From Cycas panzhihuaensis (lineage: Eukaryota > Plantae > Cycadophyta), in contig CM041465.1 in assembly GCA_023213395.1 (NCBI GenBank), forward strand, positions 94,433,741-94,497,740: 64,000 bases of DNA, in the 5' to 3' direction. How positions within the stretch are numbered: position 1 is the first letter of the stretch; every line of letters begins with the position of its first letter. A model generated the notes under the pieces. It had not been told where the DNA came from. It worked only from the letters and a program-made list of their open reading frames with translations, and did no database searches. The position numbers and the translations under genes were made by a program. Of this stretch, positions 46,825-61,176 are shown piece after piece.

Positions 46825-49800
46825 TGTTGGGGGTTAATGCTCATCACCCCACTCCCACCTTTTACACATATGAGCGCACACATATTAAGGTAAGTTAGGC
46901 AAGGTTAATGTTAACTTGAGTTAAGTATTATTTTAATGCTGTTTAAATTTTAGAGGTTGAGGAGGTTTCTCTTCTCCCTCAAACTATATATTTTCTGGGG
47001 TGACTAACCCTGGTGTCTTTTAACACCACTAATATTTGGAAATCTATTGTACTCTTACAAGATGGATTGAATAATATGTACTTTGCTTATGTTTTCTCAT
47101 GATAGATTAGCATATAAATACCTACTCCGTTCTTCACTCCTTGTATATGTTTTCCTTCATTTAGTATTAGAGCTAGATCTTAGCTCCAACATTGGCCACG
47201 ACAAGTTTATTCAATAAATTTTTAGTTTATACTATATTTTTCAATAGTTTTTCTTATATTTCTTTTGATAAATAATTGATTTTTTCATATATACAATCTT
47301 ATTAGTCATGTTTTTTCAAGTATTTATTGTAAATTAAGTGCACTTAGCCTGATAATAGTTTGGTATAATTGGTTTCTGAATTTAATTGATGAAATATCAA
47401 GTTTTCTATTATTTTACATTATTTTTTTAAGGGTTAGACAAGGCTATGTGATTTTAACAGGGTGGTGAAGCTTTTGCATTGCTTGGAACTATAGCATGTG
47501 ACCACTCATTTGAATGCTCATTGAACCATCTTCATAATGCATTCAACGGATTTGAAAATCGTTGCCTCTACATGGAGATATCTCACCCAGAAGCTTAGTT
47601 GCTTAGTTTTGGTAGTGAAACCCCTTTGCCCCCTTCTCATTTACTTATTTTTTCTCATTTTAATTGTTATTTCATTGATTGAACTTGGGTGTTGGCCTCT
47701 TAGGGTCTACGCAAAGCTATCTCAGGGTCGTTTTAACTTACCTTTCAGGCCATATAACCTCCTAGTGCATGTGCAACCCTCATTGGATCCACATCTCTAT
47801 TTTTAGCATATAAGGACTAGATCTTCATGAAAATTTATAGGGAGCTAGTTATTGAGGAGATCTAGAGGTCTCTCAAGTTTTGTTAGGATCTGTTGCTTGT
47901 GTGAGGAGTACGAGCTACGTGAAATCACCCTTATGTGGACTCACTGGTAAACCCTGACATGATCTTATTTTTATGTATTTTTATAAATATTTTTTAAATA
48001 TTTTCAATTGTTCAAAGGTGCCACTGTTAAATAGACTTTTATTGATTAAGTCCATGTCAATTTGATGAATGTTTAGTTATATAAATTTACTCTATTAATT
48101 ATTTTATTACATTGGTTCCCATTTCATTATTTTTAAAACCATTATTTGTCAGTTTAGAACCAGCTTATACTTCTTTTACATTGCCTACAACTATAGCATA
48201 TGACTACTTGTTCTACTCGCAGTGGATTTATCTAACTATTGGAAAAGAATTCATCTTGTTTCATTGATTGTATTATGATATCGCTTCTGGAGCCAACACA
48301 TATCTATTTTCAGCCATTTTTTGTCTAGAAGCTTGTTTTAATTCTACAAGTAACCATTGCTTGTGAAATTTTATCAGCTTCGAACCATTAGGCAGATCAA
48401 TCTACATTTCAAGTTTCATGAAGATACGTGCTTCCAATGAGGAGTTTGAGTTGTTAGAACCTTTATATCCAAGGTTTTCTTAATTTTCCTTTATTTTTTT
48501 CATTTAAAATAAATAATTTTTTATTTTTACATTTTGGGCCTGTGAAGTTGGGCGCCCCTATATAGTAAGCAAAATAGAAGATTTTTGGCTGCTTTCAATG
48601 ATTGTTCTATCTAGATCTGCTCTTTGTTATCAAATCATTCTATTTATTGTTCATCACCATATACCCTCTTAAACAAGCTTAAAATCAACATTTCTAATTC
48701 ATTTTTGCTCATTTCAACTCCAGATTTGAGTCCACAGTGCCTTGAAACCCTTGTCTACACTTCTCTAATCTATTGTAGGCCTCATATTTACTCCAAATCA
48801 TCCTTTGCGTCATCACGCAGATCACACGACCTCCGTGTGTTAAACAAAAATGATTTTTTAATGTTTATTTGTTATATTAAAGCAATATATATTATAACAT
48901 TAAATTATTAATGAAATTCAATTACTTTTTATAATATTTGAAATCCATGATTAAATGGGCTTAACCCCCTTAGTTATTAGCCCATAATTTTGGTCTACAT
49001 ATGACCTTGTCTTAAGCTCTTTAAGAGACTATATTTTTTAAATTTTCAAGATATTTCCTTCGCTTTGGGTACCCTTGTTGAGTGACAAATATCTTTTGGC
49101 TATTTGAGGCTTATTGCCCTCACAAATATCTGTTTTTTGGTTTAAATCAACCCCATATGACTGTGCACCGTAATTATTAAAAGGGGCTAATTTGATTTGT
49201 TAAATTTTTTTTTATAACTTTACCTTAAGAGATATTATCGCATTTAATAGTGTATCTCATCATTGGCATATTGAATTTTAGTGAAACTGGTCTCATTGAG
49301 ACTATATTTCAGAGTGCTATTAATCGGTCAAAGTGATCCATTCTTTCATCTATTATCTTTCTAGCCATAAAGAGGTCTTCTTACAAATTTTGTAATAACT
49401 TTGTCATATAAACTCTATTTTTCAAACATCATATTCGTTGGAAAGGTGATTCAGTGTACTACACATTAGAATTAGGTTTATTGCATTTTGACATCATTTT
49501 GAAGGTTTTTAAAGTTGGTCAACTTGAACTTTTTGTTAAGCTAAGACATGCCTATGTTTTATAACTTTTTAAGTATTTTATTATTTCAAGGATTATACTT
49601 GAATCATTATTTATTACTAATTGATTCATAGAGTTATTATTGGTTCTTACATGTATTTTTAAGCTATTTTGCAGTCAAGAGTTATCTTTTTCAGCACCTT
49701 AAGCTTCTACCAACCTAAGTGATGCAAATTCAACAAACATGTACAATCTATATCAAATCTATTTATTTCTTATATTTTTAATTGAATACATACAACTTTT

Positions 49801-51505
49801 TAATATTTTTATTACTTTAAGTAAAGGATTTACTTAAAAATTTCAAGTTTTCATTTTACTCTTCAAAGGAATAATTAGGCATTCTCATTGTCTTACATCA
49901 TTTGATAAAGAAGTCATCTCATTTTCTATTAAAGACTTTAGTTCTTATTCATTTGAAAGCTATAAAGTTAGTTACAAAATACCATTGTTTATTTGTATCA
50001 AAATCATTGAAAGCTACAAAGTTCAGTTTGCATTCTAAAGCATTAAAGGAGCATTTAGTTTCTTGTTTCTTTCTACAAACATATTAAGTCGAAAGAACTA
50101 GTTTGTATACAAGCTTATATTCTTTAGTTTACTTGAAGAAGAAAAACATCATTTCATTTACTTGTATTATTAAGATTTAAAGAAAGTTCATAGCATTCAT
50201 TTAAAGAAAGGTTGAAACATATTTCTATTTCATAAAAGTTTATATCATTTTTCATTTAAGACATATACATACTTTGTCTTACTTAAAAAAATTATTGTGA
50301 GTCATCTTCATTTCCTGAATAAAAGAAAGCAAAGTATATTGATCATTCTTTTACTTACTCATTGTGACTTTATGAAAGTTTTTCATTATATGTTCACTTG
50401 AAAATTACTCACTCATTGAATCCATACTGTTGATTATGTACTAAAGCATTTACATGATGGCACTATACTTAAATAATATTAGTCTACTAGTATTTAATGA
50501 GAATGATTTTCATTTTTGGAGGATCATTATGAAAGTGCACCTAATTTCAAATAACCTTTGGAGATATATAAATGATAAATATAAATAAAACAACAAAGAA
50601 GACTTAAAAAGGGATAATGAATCCCTTGCATTTCTATTTTGTAGCTTATATGATAATCTATTTTCAAATGTTTCAGATATGATTACATCCCAACAAGTAT
50701 GGAATATATTAAACTCACTTTATGGGGGAGATTCCCTTGATTTCAATTTTACTAACTATATTGATGACACTTTTCCTGTGAGGCAGATGGTAGAGCAAGT
50801 ACTATATGAAGAAAAGATTAACATTTTTTATATTAATTTAGATTTCATTGAAAATAATATTTCTAATGTTACATTTGATATAAAGATATGTATCAAGAAC
50901 TTAAATTTAAAGAAGGACCAAGATTAAAACAAAGGCACTTCCTTTCCTACAAATCAAGCTACATCAACAAGACCTACTTGGAAGCTACTCTCACTATATA
51001 ATTTTGAAGAAACACATGATGTTGATAAGATGACCAAGCAAGTTGTTGTGTACTTCATCAAGCATGTTGATTACCAAGCCAAAGGATAAAATTTTAAAGT
51101 CATTTTCAAATACAAGTACTACAAATTCAAAGAAAAGTGAAGATGATCATGATGACCATTAAGGGGGATAATGTTGGGGTTAATTCTCATCACCCCACTC
51201 TCACCTTTTGTACATGTGAGCACACACATGTTAAGGTAAGTCAAGTATGGTTAATGTTAACTTGATTTAAGTATTATTTTAATGTTGTTTAAATTTTGGA
51301 GGTTGAGGGGGTTTCCCTACACTCTCAAACTATATATTTTCTGGGGTGACTAACCCTGGTGTCTTTTGACACCACCAATATTTAGAAATCTATTGTACTC
51401 TCACAAGATGGATTGAATAATATGTACTTCACTTATGTTTTCTCATGATGGATTAGCATGTGAATATCTACTCTGCTCTACACTCCTTGTACATTTTTTT
51501 CTTCA
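46825..51505 (+). mobile_element. Non-autonomous copia derivative G related to element F (long leader + gag N-terminus only)
   Basis: LTRs 46825-47159 and 51172-51505, degenerate PBS TAGTATTAGAGC at 47162, PPT TTAAGGGGGATAA, TSD TATTA/TAATA. Gag-like FW...MK..LISNNLW / DNESLA.LF / VW.IL..LYGG at 50454-50930. No pol. Confidence 0.9.
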
Positions 51506-54500
51506 TAATATATGTAGCAATCTTTGAAAGCTTGACAGCTACAAGCTTGTGATATAGCCTCTAATACTCTAAAAAAATACAACTTGTAATCTAACTATTG
51601 GTGTTTTGATTTGTCATTCATGTCTTTGAATATTATTTCTATGATTTTAGGACACTTTTCCAAAACCTACAAATATCACATATGATTTCATTTCTTACAC
51701 ATTAGATATACATTTATTGCTTGTCATTGGTTAACATTACTTTTGATTATTTACATTTACTTTTCATCTTGTCTTATACAACATTTTGATTAAGCATTTG
51801 TTTAGTTTACTTGTCCATATTTCATTTCCTATATAATTGATGCCTCCAACAACATCTACCATTAATTATAGAGCTATAGTAAAGTTGAGTTAATACATAA
51901 AATATTCATTTTTTCTTCCATTGTGACATTTCTTTCTTTTATTGTTCTTCATCGACATTTAATTTCTTTTGTAATTATTACCTTGATATTGAATGTAATT
52001 GATGATTTTATCTACCATATTGTGTAGATCTCTTCAAGTAGATGAAAATAAGTACTCATGACCTAATAATATACTTTATATGAGGAATTTATGCTTCTTT
52101 AACCATTCATTTTTCTTCTAAGATCTCATTTCCTACTTCTCAAGGCTAACTTCATAACCAATCTCTAAAAAATAATATCTTTTTCTCAAAACCCAGCTTC
52201 TATATTAATTTTGAAGATCTATTATCTAAATTAACACACTAGAAAAATCCTTCCTTTACGTTTATTTTATCTTAAGATTTCTAAGGAGTCATTGAGTTTT
52301 AAACCCTGGGACTACCCTCGTTCCATATTTGCTTCCACTTAGACAAAGCACTATTTGTTTGATTTCTAATCTAATACCATTATTAAATCAAAGGTTAATG
52401 CATGTTCTGTTTTGTTGTGATTGTATTTCTAGATTTTGGATTGTTATTTTGCCATTTTTGTTAGAATTCTGCTATACTACAACTCATCCTACTATAACAT
52501 GTGTTGTCTATTAAACTATCATAATTGTATTACATCTTTCTTGTTATGCTCCAATGGCATCTATGTTTTCTATAATGTGCCTTGCTTTTGTATATCTTAT
52601 GGTATTGCATTCACAACACTGCATGTCTTTTCATAAATTTTGTAGTATTATTATGACTCTCTCATAGTCTTTTATGATATCGTTTTACCCTGTTGTATAT
52701 CAACAATACTTTATCCATGGTATTATTACATGTTTCCTTTTATTTATTTGTAATATATTTCATTATTTCATTAGCATGCATATTCCTTGCGTGTTTTGAT
52801 TTAATATTATCATATTTTCTCTTATCATTTTCATTTTAGATTTCTAATTATTGGCAAACTATGAAGATACTTAGGTTTTTAAGGCTTGCAAGATAGGAGT
52901 ATATCCAATCTAATCAAAGGAAAGAGCATGCTTTCTTAGAGAACCTAAGAATTTATATAAGTATGTTATAACTCAAGGTATAAGTAAGAGTTAAAGAACT
53001 AGGTGGAGAGGTTTCTATAGAAGTTTATATGTGAAGGGTAGAAGGTGGCTTAATGTTTCACCAAAACCTAGCCTTTGGTTTGTATTTATGATTTTTGATA
53101 TATCTCTTGTATGGTTTCATAGAAAGTGAATGATGTACTTGTTTAATGATGAGTTAGGCCATGTTTTAATGAAGAAATATATGGATTTTTGCTTTATGAT
53201 GCATGATGAATGATGATGTGATGTGTATTTTATTATCACCTACTGATGATTGAGACTATGGTATTAAAATTTCTTTTGCGATCAATTTAATCTAATGTTT
53301 CCTTTAAAACTTGTGATTTTTATATTTAATTATTGATTTCACCTAATTTTTGATTTATTTCTAGGCTTGTGCTTCTCATTTTTATCACTTTTTGGGCTCT
53401 ATTTTTCATTAATTAAGTCATTTATACCTCAATTTATCAATAAAAATTATTTTTTGACTTTTTCAATCAGTTAATTTTCACTTCCCATTGGTCACATTTT
53501 TGGAGTAAAGTCATGCTTTTGGTAGGTCCAAAAACGAGACTAGTCATGTTTTTGACTATTATGCATATAAAATTTAACCAACGTACCCGATTTTTACATG
53601 TCACCACCCATATTTGATAAAATCTTATCATTTCGATGCCCAGGAATGCTTAGTAGGGTTTTGTAATTCATTATTGTAGATTAGAGTGTGATTTGCTTAA
53701 GTTTTTGGTGGATTTTTAGTGATTTTTGGGATATTTTTTTAGGACTACTACTATTGTGACTTTAAGATTGATTTTTATAATGTTTATGGGTGAAATTAAG
53801 AGAAGATTTTAATTTTGTGACTCGCTACTTCACTGGCATTCAAATATTGATGATTTGATCTTCAATTTTTATGGTTTCTCTTCAAAGTTTTAAGCCTCAA
53901 AATTCTTCTAAATTGGTAAGGTCTTTCCTATGTGATTTTTTCTCATTTCACTATTTTCTAAATGTTGTCCTTCATTTAGAACTTGCTCTTTCTTTTAGCT
54001 AGTTATTGTGGTGATCTTGTATGCATTTTTGGCTTGAAATACTTGTTGAAAGACCAGCCCTTTATGGGGTTTATAAGGGATAGACTAAGGTGAGACGTGT
54101 TATCTCTGCACCATCCATATAGCTACTCCTTCCCATTCTTGCACAGTAGTCTATATTTCAAGTAGTTTTCCATCTCTTTTAGCTTTGTTTGGATGTGGTT
54201 TAGCTCTTCTTGCTTATTTCTTCTCTTTCTTTACTTATTTTAAAAGAAAAAGTTGGAAAGAATTGATCAATTAAAAGAAAAGATCCATTCTAAGGTAAAT
54301 TTTTGCACTAGGAAAGAAGTCTTAATTTTATGGTTTTATTGTTTGCTTAATTTCACTTTTAAGATTGTTTTCTTTTCCTTAAAAAGAAAATTTAAACTAT
54401 TAAGTAGAAAGTGCATGCTTGATTTTTTTAGATAATTAGACATTCAATGATGTTTTTGGAGTCTTTCTTACTCTAATGGAGATATAATCTTCAAAGTTGT

Positions 54501-55379
54501 ATAACTAGTATCTTATATGATGATTGTTATTAATTTTTATTATTTTCATGCAACTTTAAAAGTCTAGAAATTCATTTTAAATAGTAGCAACACATCTTTG
54601 AAACCTCTCTTTTTGCATCGTAGAACATTCATTCAAAGAAGAGATTGCATGCATGGGAAGTAAAATCTTTTAAATAACATTACATATTATAAAAACTCTT
54701 TGAAAGCTTGTATAAAGTGATTGCATGGTGTGTTACATCTCTTGTTAGTGTGTTTTATTTCTTTTATAGTGAAGAGTGCATATTACATTTAAAAGGTTAG
54801 TTTCATAGTTGCATTAGTATCCTTCATCTTTAGAGTAAAAAATATAAAAAGTACTTTGCATGCATCTAGTTCTAGTTCTTCCTTGTTTGTTAGTTGAAGG
54901 TAAAATAGACCTTTTTGCTTCATAGATTAGTTTATTTTGTTAAACACAATAAAAAATAAAAAGGAAATAAAAACAAAAACAAAAAAAAAAAAGAAAAAGA
55001 AAGGAAAAATTTTTCTATTTCCTCAACTATTCTCTTTATTTAAGTAAAACTCAAAAGGTTGAAAAGATCAAAGGATATGAGTCCCTAGGAAGGATATTGA
55101 AAATATTATCAGAGTAGTTCCAAATCTAGAACTCTTTCACCTAGTTATGTAGGTTAGTGGATTCTACCACCCCCTTACATTCAAGTCTTTCATCACATTC
55201 TTCATCCATATCTTATTTGACAATATAACTAGGTGAAGACTCCTTCTTAGGAGTTGGGAAAGGATAGTTACTTAGGTCTTCTTAAACCTCATATCTCTTA
55301 GTTTTAATTGACACAAAGGAAGCACCCTACTGATTGAGAGATATCTAGTTTAGGTCCACCTAAGATGACACCATCTTTT

Positions 55380-55397
55380 TGGCGACCATACTTGGGA
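55380..55397 (+). promoter_or_regulatory. Primer binding site, tRNA-Arg-like
   Basis: TGGCGACCA..TGGGA resembles the complement of a tRNA-Arg 3' end, as used by Tat/Ogre-group elements. Confidence 0.7.
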
Positions 55398-58300
55398 GCT
55401 ACCATTTATTTTCTTTTAAATCAATAGAAACCACCACACCTACTCCTAGGCACTCTTTGAGGCTCCAAGGCCTTCCATCGGATTCTTAAGTGCACCCTTC
55501 ACACTTTGGTCGAGAAGTCTCATCATCCTATGTTGAATCTTTAGAACTTCAAGCACATGACACTTATGCTTATCCCTCTTGAAGATTCAACTCAATTATA
55601 AAACATATTAGTGGAACAAGGATATCTTGAACCCTCTCAATATCTTGGTGATATTTCTTTTGTAAATCCCTCTTTTGCACGCGAAGAACCACCTTCTACT
55701 TAACCATATTCATCCTTCTTTGAGTCAGTTCTTACTAGGATTCCTATTCCACCACACATGCTTGGTTACCAAGATCCATTTTATTTAGAGACTTATACCA
55801 TGATATCCCTACCATAACATCTTTAGATTGATCCTTTAGATGAGGATTATGAGTTAATAGAGGTAGAGTCTCTACCTGTTGTTGTTCAGTCTCCTCATCC
55901 TTCTCATCCCCCTTCACCAAGACCTTCACTATGATCCCACTCCTCTCCTTTGGAGGAAGTGGATGACCATAAGTCAACTCATTCAAAACCCCATCAATCT
56001 CCTCTTAGACAACTAGTTCCAATTCACCCTCTTCATCCTATACCTCCCACCCATGGGGGTGCTACCACTAATTTTGCCTATGGCAACCCTAGTGCCTCAT
56101 ATGCACCTACCTCCAATCAAGTGGTTGACTTCACCTAGTTTATAACCTATTCATTCTTACATTACTAGAGTTATCCCTTCTCATCCTTTTTCTTCTACCA
56201 CTTAATTACCCCCTCACACATCATATACAATCTCATCTCATGGTGTTAGACTTCACCTACCATCTCCTAGAGCATCTAACATGATTCCCTCTTCTCAATG
56301 TATTTTTTATACTCATTCCATTTATCCTCATGCTTCAACAAGCCAATCACAAGATTTGAGAATTTCCAATCCCACTTCTTTTTCATACATTCTTAGACCC
56401 ACTCCATAACTCAATCCTTTCTCCACTTTTAATCCAAATTCCCCTCAATATCTTATACCCCAAACCAACTCAATGGTTAATCCCACAACATAGTTTAATA
56501 CTTCTTATAAATTTCTATCTCACGATGTTTTACAATCACAATAATAACAATAACTACAATAACCCATCCATTCATTTATTCCTCATCCATCATCCTTGCC
56601 TCAATATTTTACTACGTTGAGGCTAAGGAGACCTTTCCTTGATTATATGAAGTCTCCTTTTCCATGTGAAGTTTTATTATCTCCTATGCCTCCATTTCTT
56701 CTTAAGTTACCTAATTTTTTTGGTGAATCCTCTCAAGATCCTACTTCCTATATATAGGCATTCATATTTGCTTGCATGGATTTCATGCCAAATAATTATG
56801 TCATGATACACATATTCCCTAAATCACTTCAAGGTGATTCTCTGAAGTGGTTTTACCATCTTCCTTTGACTTCTATTCTCTCATTCCAACAATTAGTTGA
56901 CTCTTTCATCAACTATTTTAATGTGGTGAGACCATTTGAATCTGACATCAAATCTTTATTAGTTATTAATCAAAACCATGATAAGATATCAAGGGACTTT
57001 GTTAGAAGATTCTAAGACCAAGTATACGCTTGTCACTCATATCTTGATCCTAGCTTACTATTTAATCTGTTTATTAATGCTTTGATGCCCTATATATACC
57101 TAAAAGTTCTGAAACTTAGCTTTTAAATATACGAAGAAGTGGTTGATCATTGCTTAGCCTTAGAAATATTTAAAATTCAAGTGGGTATCAAGAAGGTTGG
57201 GAAACATATCCCTTCTAAAGAAATAGTTCAAACCATAAAGGCTTTTTATCTTGAACCCACTTATGATCATTTGACCTCTTCTATCAAATCGTTAGAACAT
57301 GTGATCAATACTAAGTTGTATGTTGATGCTTCTTCTTAGAGCCAGCCTTCCCAAGAGACCAAAGTTATTCATCTTACTGAAGGAAGGAAGAAATAAGCTC
57401 CTCCTCCCCCTCCTTCTCCCTTCAAAAAGATAAAATGGTGCTCCTACCATCAAACTGATGTATATAATAGAAGTGAGTACCATATCATTGAAAATATAAC
57501 TCAAAATATAAATGTCCAATTAAATTGCTCTTCTAAGTCATCTCAAGACCAAATGATTTGTAAGGATCTGCTACCTCAACATAATGAGAAAATGAGTAAA
57601 GATGATAAAGATAAGGAAAAGCAAGTAGAAGACGATGAAGATGAATCTTCGAGTTCTAATTCATTAAAGAAGATTACCACTCCTTCAAATCCTTCAACAA
57701 AAAGAACCAACAATCAATCATGCCCACCTCGTAAAGGTGGTGATATCAAGAGAACGATAAATATGGTGGAGACCACAAAGAGTGTAAGTCCATCTAAATC
57801 ATCCAATGATTTGATGGTAAGGAATCTTGACTCTTTGCCTCTAGTACCTCTCCATCCTATCAGGTTTAGGTCCATTCCCTCTAGTATAAAGGATGGATCA
57901 TTCTCTTTGGTTGAGAAGTTAAATACCATTCTGACAAGTATATCAGTTATTAATTTACTGAGTGTTGCTCTAAGCAACGTCAACTCTTATTTAATACAAT
58001 GGGAGTTCCTATGATAGTTTCTTCACCTACTTTTATATTTTCTTTTGATCTGACTACCTTATTTAGTCATTTTGCCCATGCACCGAATGACATACCCCTA
58101 ATTTATATTGAGATAGTGAAAAATGATATCAATACTAAATGAGTTATTATTGACAAGTGATCATATGTCAATGTAATTCCTCTTCATCTTGTTGAGGATT
58201 TGGAGATTTCTATTTTTAATCCATATGAGCATATTTGCTAGGGGTATGATAAGAATCAGAAGATACCCTTAGGATAAGTCACTCTCCCTCTCACGTTAGA

Positions 58301-60735
58301 AGAAAAGATAGTTCTTACTGAGCTTACTATTATTGACCTTGATTTAGAATATAATATTCTTTTAGGTGGACTATGGATTACCTAAATGTTAGCAACTTGT
58401 TCCTCCCTCTTTGGTGAACTTAGGTTCATCAATGAAGGATAATTAAAAATTGTTAACCGAAAGTCAAAACCCATTAAATAATCAGTTACCCTTATTGAGA
58501 TTTTTTCAGAACTTGATGAGTCCTCCAACCCTTTGGAGTATTTATTTCAATCACTTGGTTTAAGTCAATACTTTTCCATCGAAGCTCCTTCTACTCATCT
58601 AGAAGTAAAGGACATGGATTTGGTTAAGGTTGTCCCCTTATTGTCAAGTCCTTCTATTCAGACTTTTTTAGACTCAACTAATTAGTCTTTAGCTTCTTCT
58701 TCTTCTTCTATTATTAATGAAGAAATAACCTCTCATTCTATTGTATCTCACCGAGAACCACCTGTAGGTAGACTTATCAATATAAATGCTTTTCCTCCCA
58801 TTCAAGCTCATTTCTCATAGGTTTTATGCTTGCCCTCAAGGGCAAATGCAATGGTTTCTCTTGTTGCCAATCTTTTAGTGAGTACTTCTTCAACTTCAGT
58901 TACACATAATTTATGTGTTGATGCTTCCCTATTTTTCTCTCAATCTCCTTTCTTCATTACCTGGTTGAATAGACATGGGAAGAAAATGTTGTTACATCAC
59001 CATCTAGACTTAGAATCATAGGGTGGAGATATTGATTCACTTGGTACAGGTCAAAATAATCACAATACTTCCACTAGAGTAAGGGAGATTAATTTGATAT
59101 CTACTATTTCTTTCTCTGCCCATTTCCACGTGGATTCTTCCCTATCTTCTCTCATCCTAATATCTTTATCCAGTCAAGAGTGTAGTGTGAATCATTAAGA
59201 ATTTAATTGAATGCTTTCTTCAATTTGGGAGTTTGTTGATAGGCCTATTTTCTTTTCTCATATTTTTTCAATCATTGAGTTTGTTCCCCCCTGTCCAAAC
59301 TACTTGATTAATCCTATTTTATCTTTTAGACCTCTGTCTTTTCCTACTCCTTTACCTAAAAACCTTCTCCTCATTAATCTCTTCTATTTAGATCATTTTA
59401 AAAATGATGAAGTAATTGTTGAGTATCTAATGAGTTCATCTCCTAGTTTCCCTTATGGACATCATAAGTCTAGGTTCTCAAGAGTCATAGTTAATCATTC
59501 CTAACCCCAGGAGTCTACTTCTTTAATAGACCCTGCCCCTCCTCATTTTGAAGAAGGAAACACAATTCTTATGGAACAAACCATCGATGTAGACTTATAG
59601 ATAGAAGATGTTCCTAGAATTATCAAATTGGGAGCTAGTTATACTCCCTAAGAGATTACCTAGTTTAAGGATCTCTTTCATGAGTTTCATTCAGTTTTCA
59701 CATGGGACTATAAAGACATGCATGGCCTTGATTCCCAAGTTGTTGACCATGATATCACCCCTCTATAATGAGGATAAACTATGACTCTGAAATTTTTCTT
59801 TTGCCTAATGAGTTAAAACTATGGGAAAACTCTCATTCTTTCTTATCTTTTCTCACTTTCTATTGAGCGTCATTTTATTTTTATGAGGGATTCGGCTCAT
59901 AATCATATAAGTATTTTGCTCTTTCTAGCATCTGCACTAATTATGAGCATTCTATTACCTTATTTAGATCTTGTTCTCCTTTGAGTTCCATACTCAAAGG
60001 AGAACTTGGGCCCTCAACCTTATTATATTTTCATCTTAGAAAGAGGAATGTTTCCGTCAGCTTTAGGTATTTAGTCATTAGTTGAGATCATATTTTCATT
60101 TTCTAGTACTTCACCTTGAGGATTCCTTTTTGGTCATATATCACCTATTGTCTTTGATTATTTTCATTATCCTTGGTTTACTCTATTTATATTTTGAAGT
60201 GGATACTCATTATACCACCTTCCCCTTACATTTCGAGATATTGTGATTCTAATTTCCTCTTTTCTTGTAGTTCTATTCTTAAGGAGATTAGTCTCTTTTA
60301 TTTTAGATTTTGTTAAAAATGATAAATCTTTACTGTGTTGAGTAAAAGAATTTTATAGTTGGATAATTATGGTTCTCTTCTTGTAAAAAGGAAAAAAGTG
60401 AAAGTGAAAGTTAAAAAAAAAGAAAGAAAAGAAAATAAGAAAGTAAGAAAAAAAGTGTATTGTTATCATCCTCTTGTAATCTGGGACAAGTTGCATGATG
60501 GCTTCATCCCCACCTATCTATCTGTAGGTTGGGTTCATTTGGATGAGTCATTCAAGATTTTCAGATCTAGCTACTTGGGTCTACCGTGGCCTTAGTTATA
60601 ATTGAATCCTGCTTAACACCTTGTTAGTATCGATCATAATCATCCTAATTATAAATTTTCTCTTTCTTTAACACAGTCAAAATTAATTTAATTCATTATT
60701 GTCACCTTATTGATTGATTCCTATACTTTCTTCTA

Positions 60736-61176
60736 TTGATCATACCATCTCCAAACTTTGATCCTATTATTCCCATGGAATTGAATATATTCACTAATAG
60801 AGATAGTAGGGGAAACCCAAGATTGTTTACTTCTACTTTGGTGATTTATGACCAATCAGGAAGTCCCCTTCTTTCCATGGGATATTTTATACCTAGGGCA
60901 ACCAATAATGTAGCTAAATACCTTGCTATTATAGGAGCCTTGTCTAATATTTCTCACTTTTACCTTATACCTATTATTATATATGACTCTCAAGTTGTAG
61001 TTTATCAGTTGGTTGGGATATATTAGGTTCATTCATTGCAACTCCTTCACCTATATCATTAGGATTTATCATTGTTATCCCTTTTTGTTTCAGTTACCAT
61101 TCAGTATATTCCTTGTTCTCTTAACTTTGAAGCTGACACTCTTGTTTCCTCTATCCTTGATGATCATTTTAGTTGA
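60736..61176 (+). pseudogene. Stand-alone archaeal-type RNase H (aRH) of the Tat element
   Basis: FT...SRGNP..VIYD.SG..RATNNVAKY.A.I..DSQVVVYQL.G.Y, continuing past stops to IQYIP...N.EAD.LV. Confidence 0.85.

Noticed and set aside
53243-53270. CTGATGA as a hammerhead (retrozyme) core in the Tat LTR
   Set aside because: No flanking stem II and GAAA in the right geometry.
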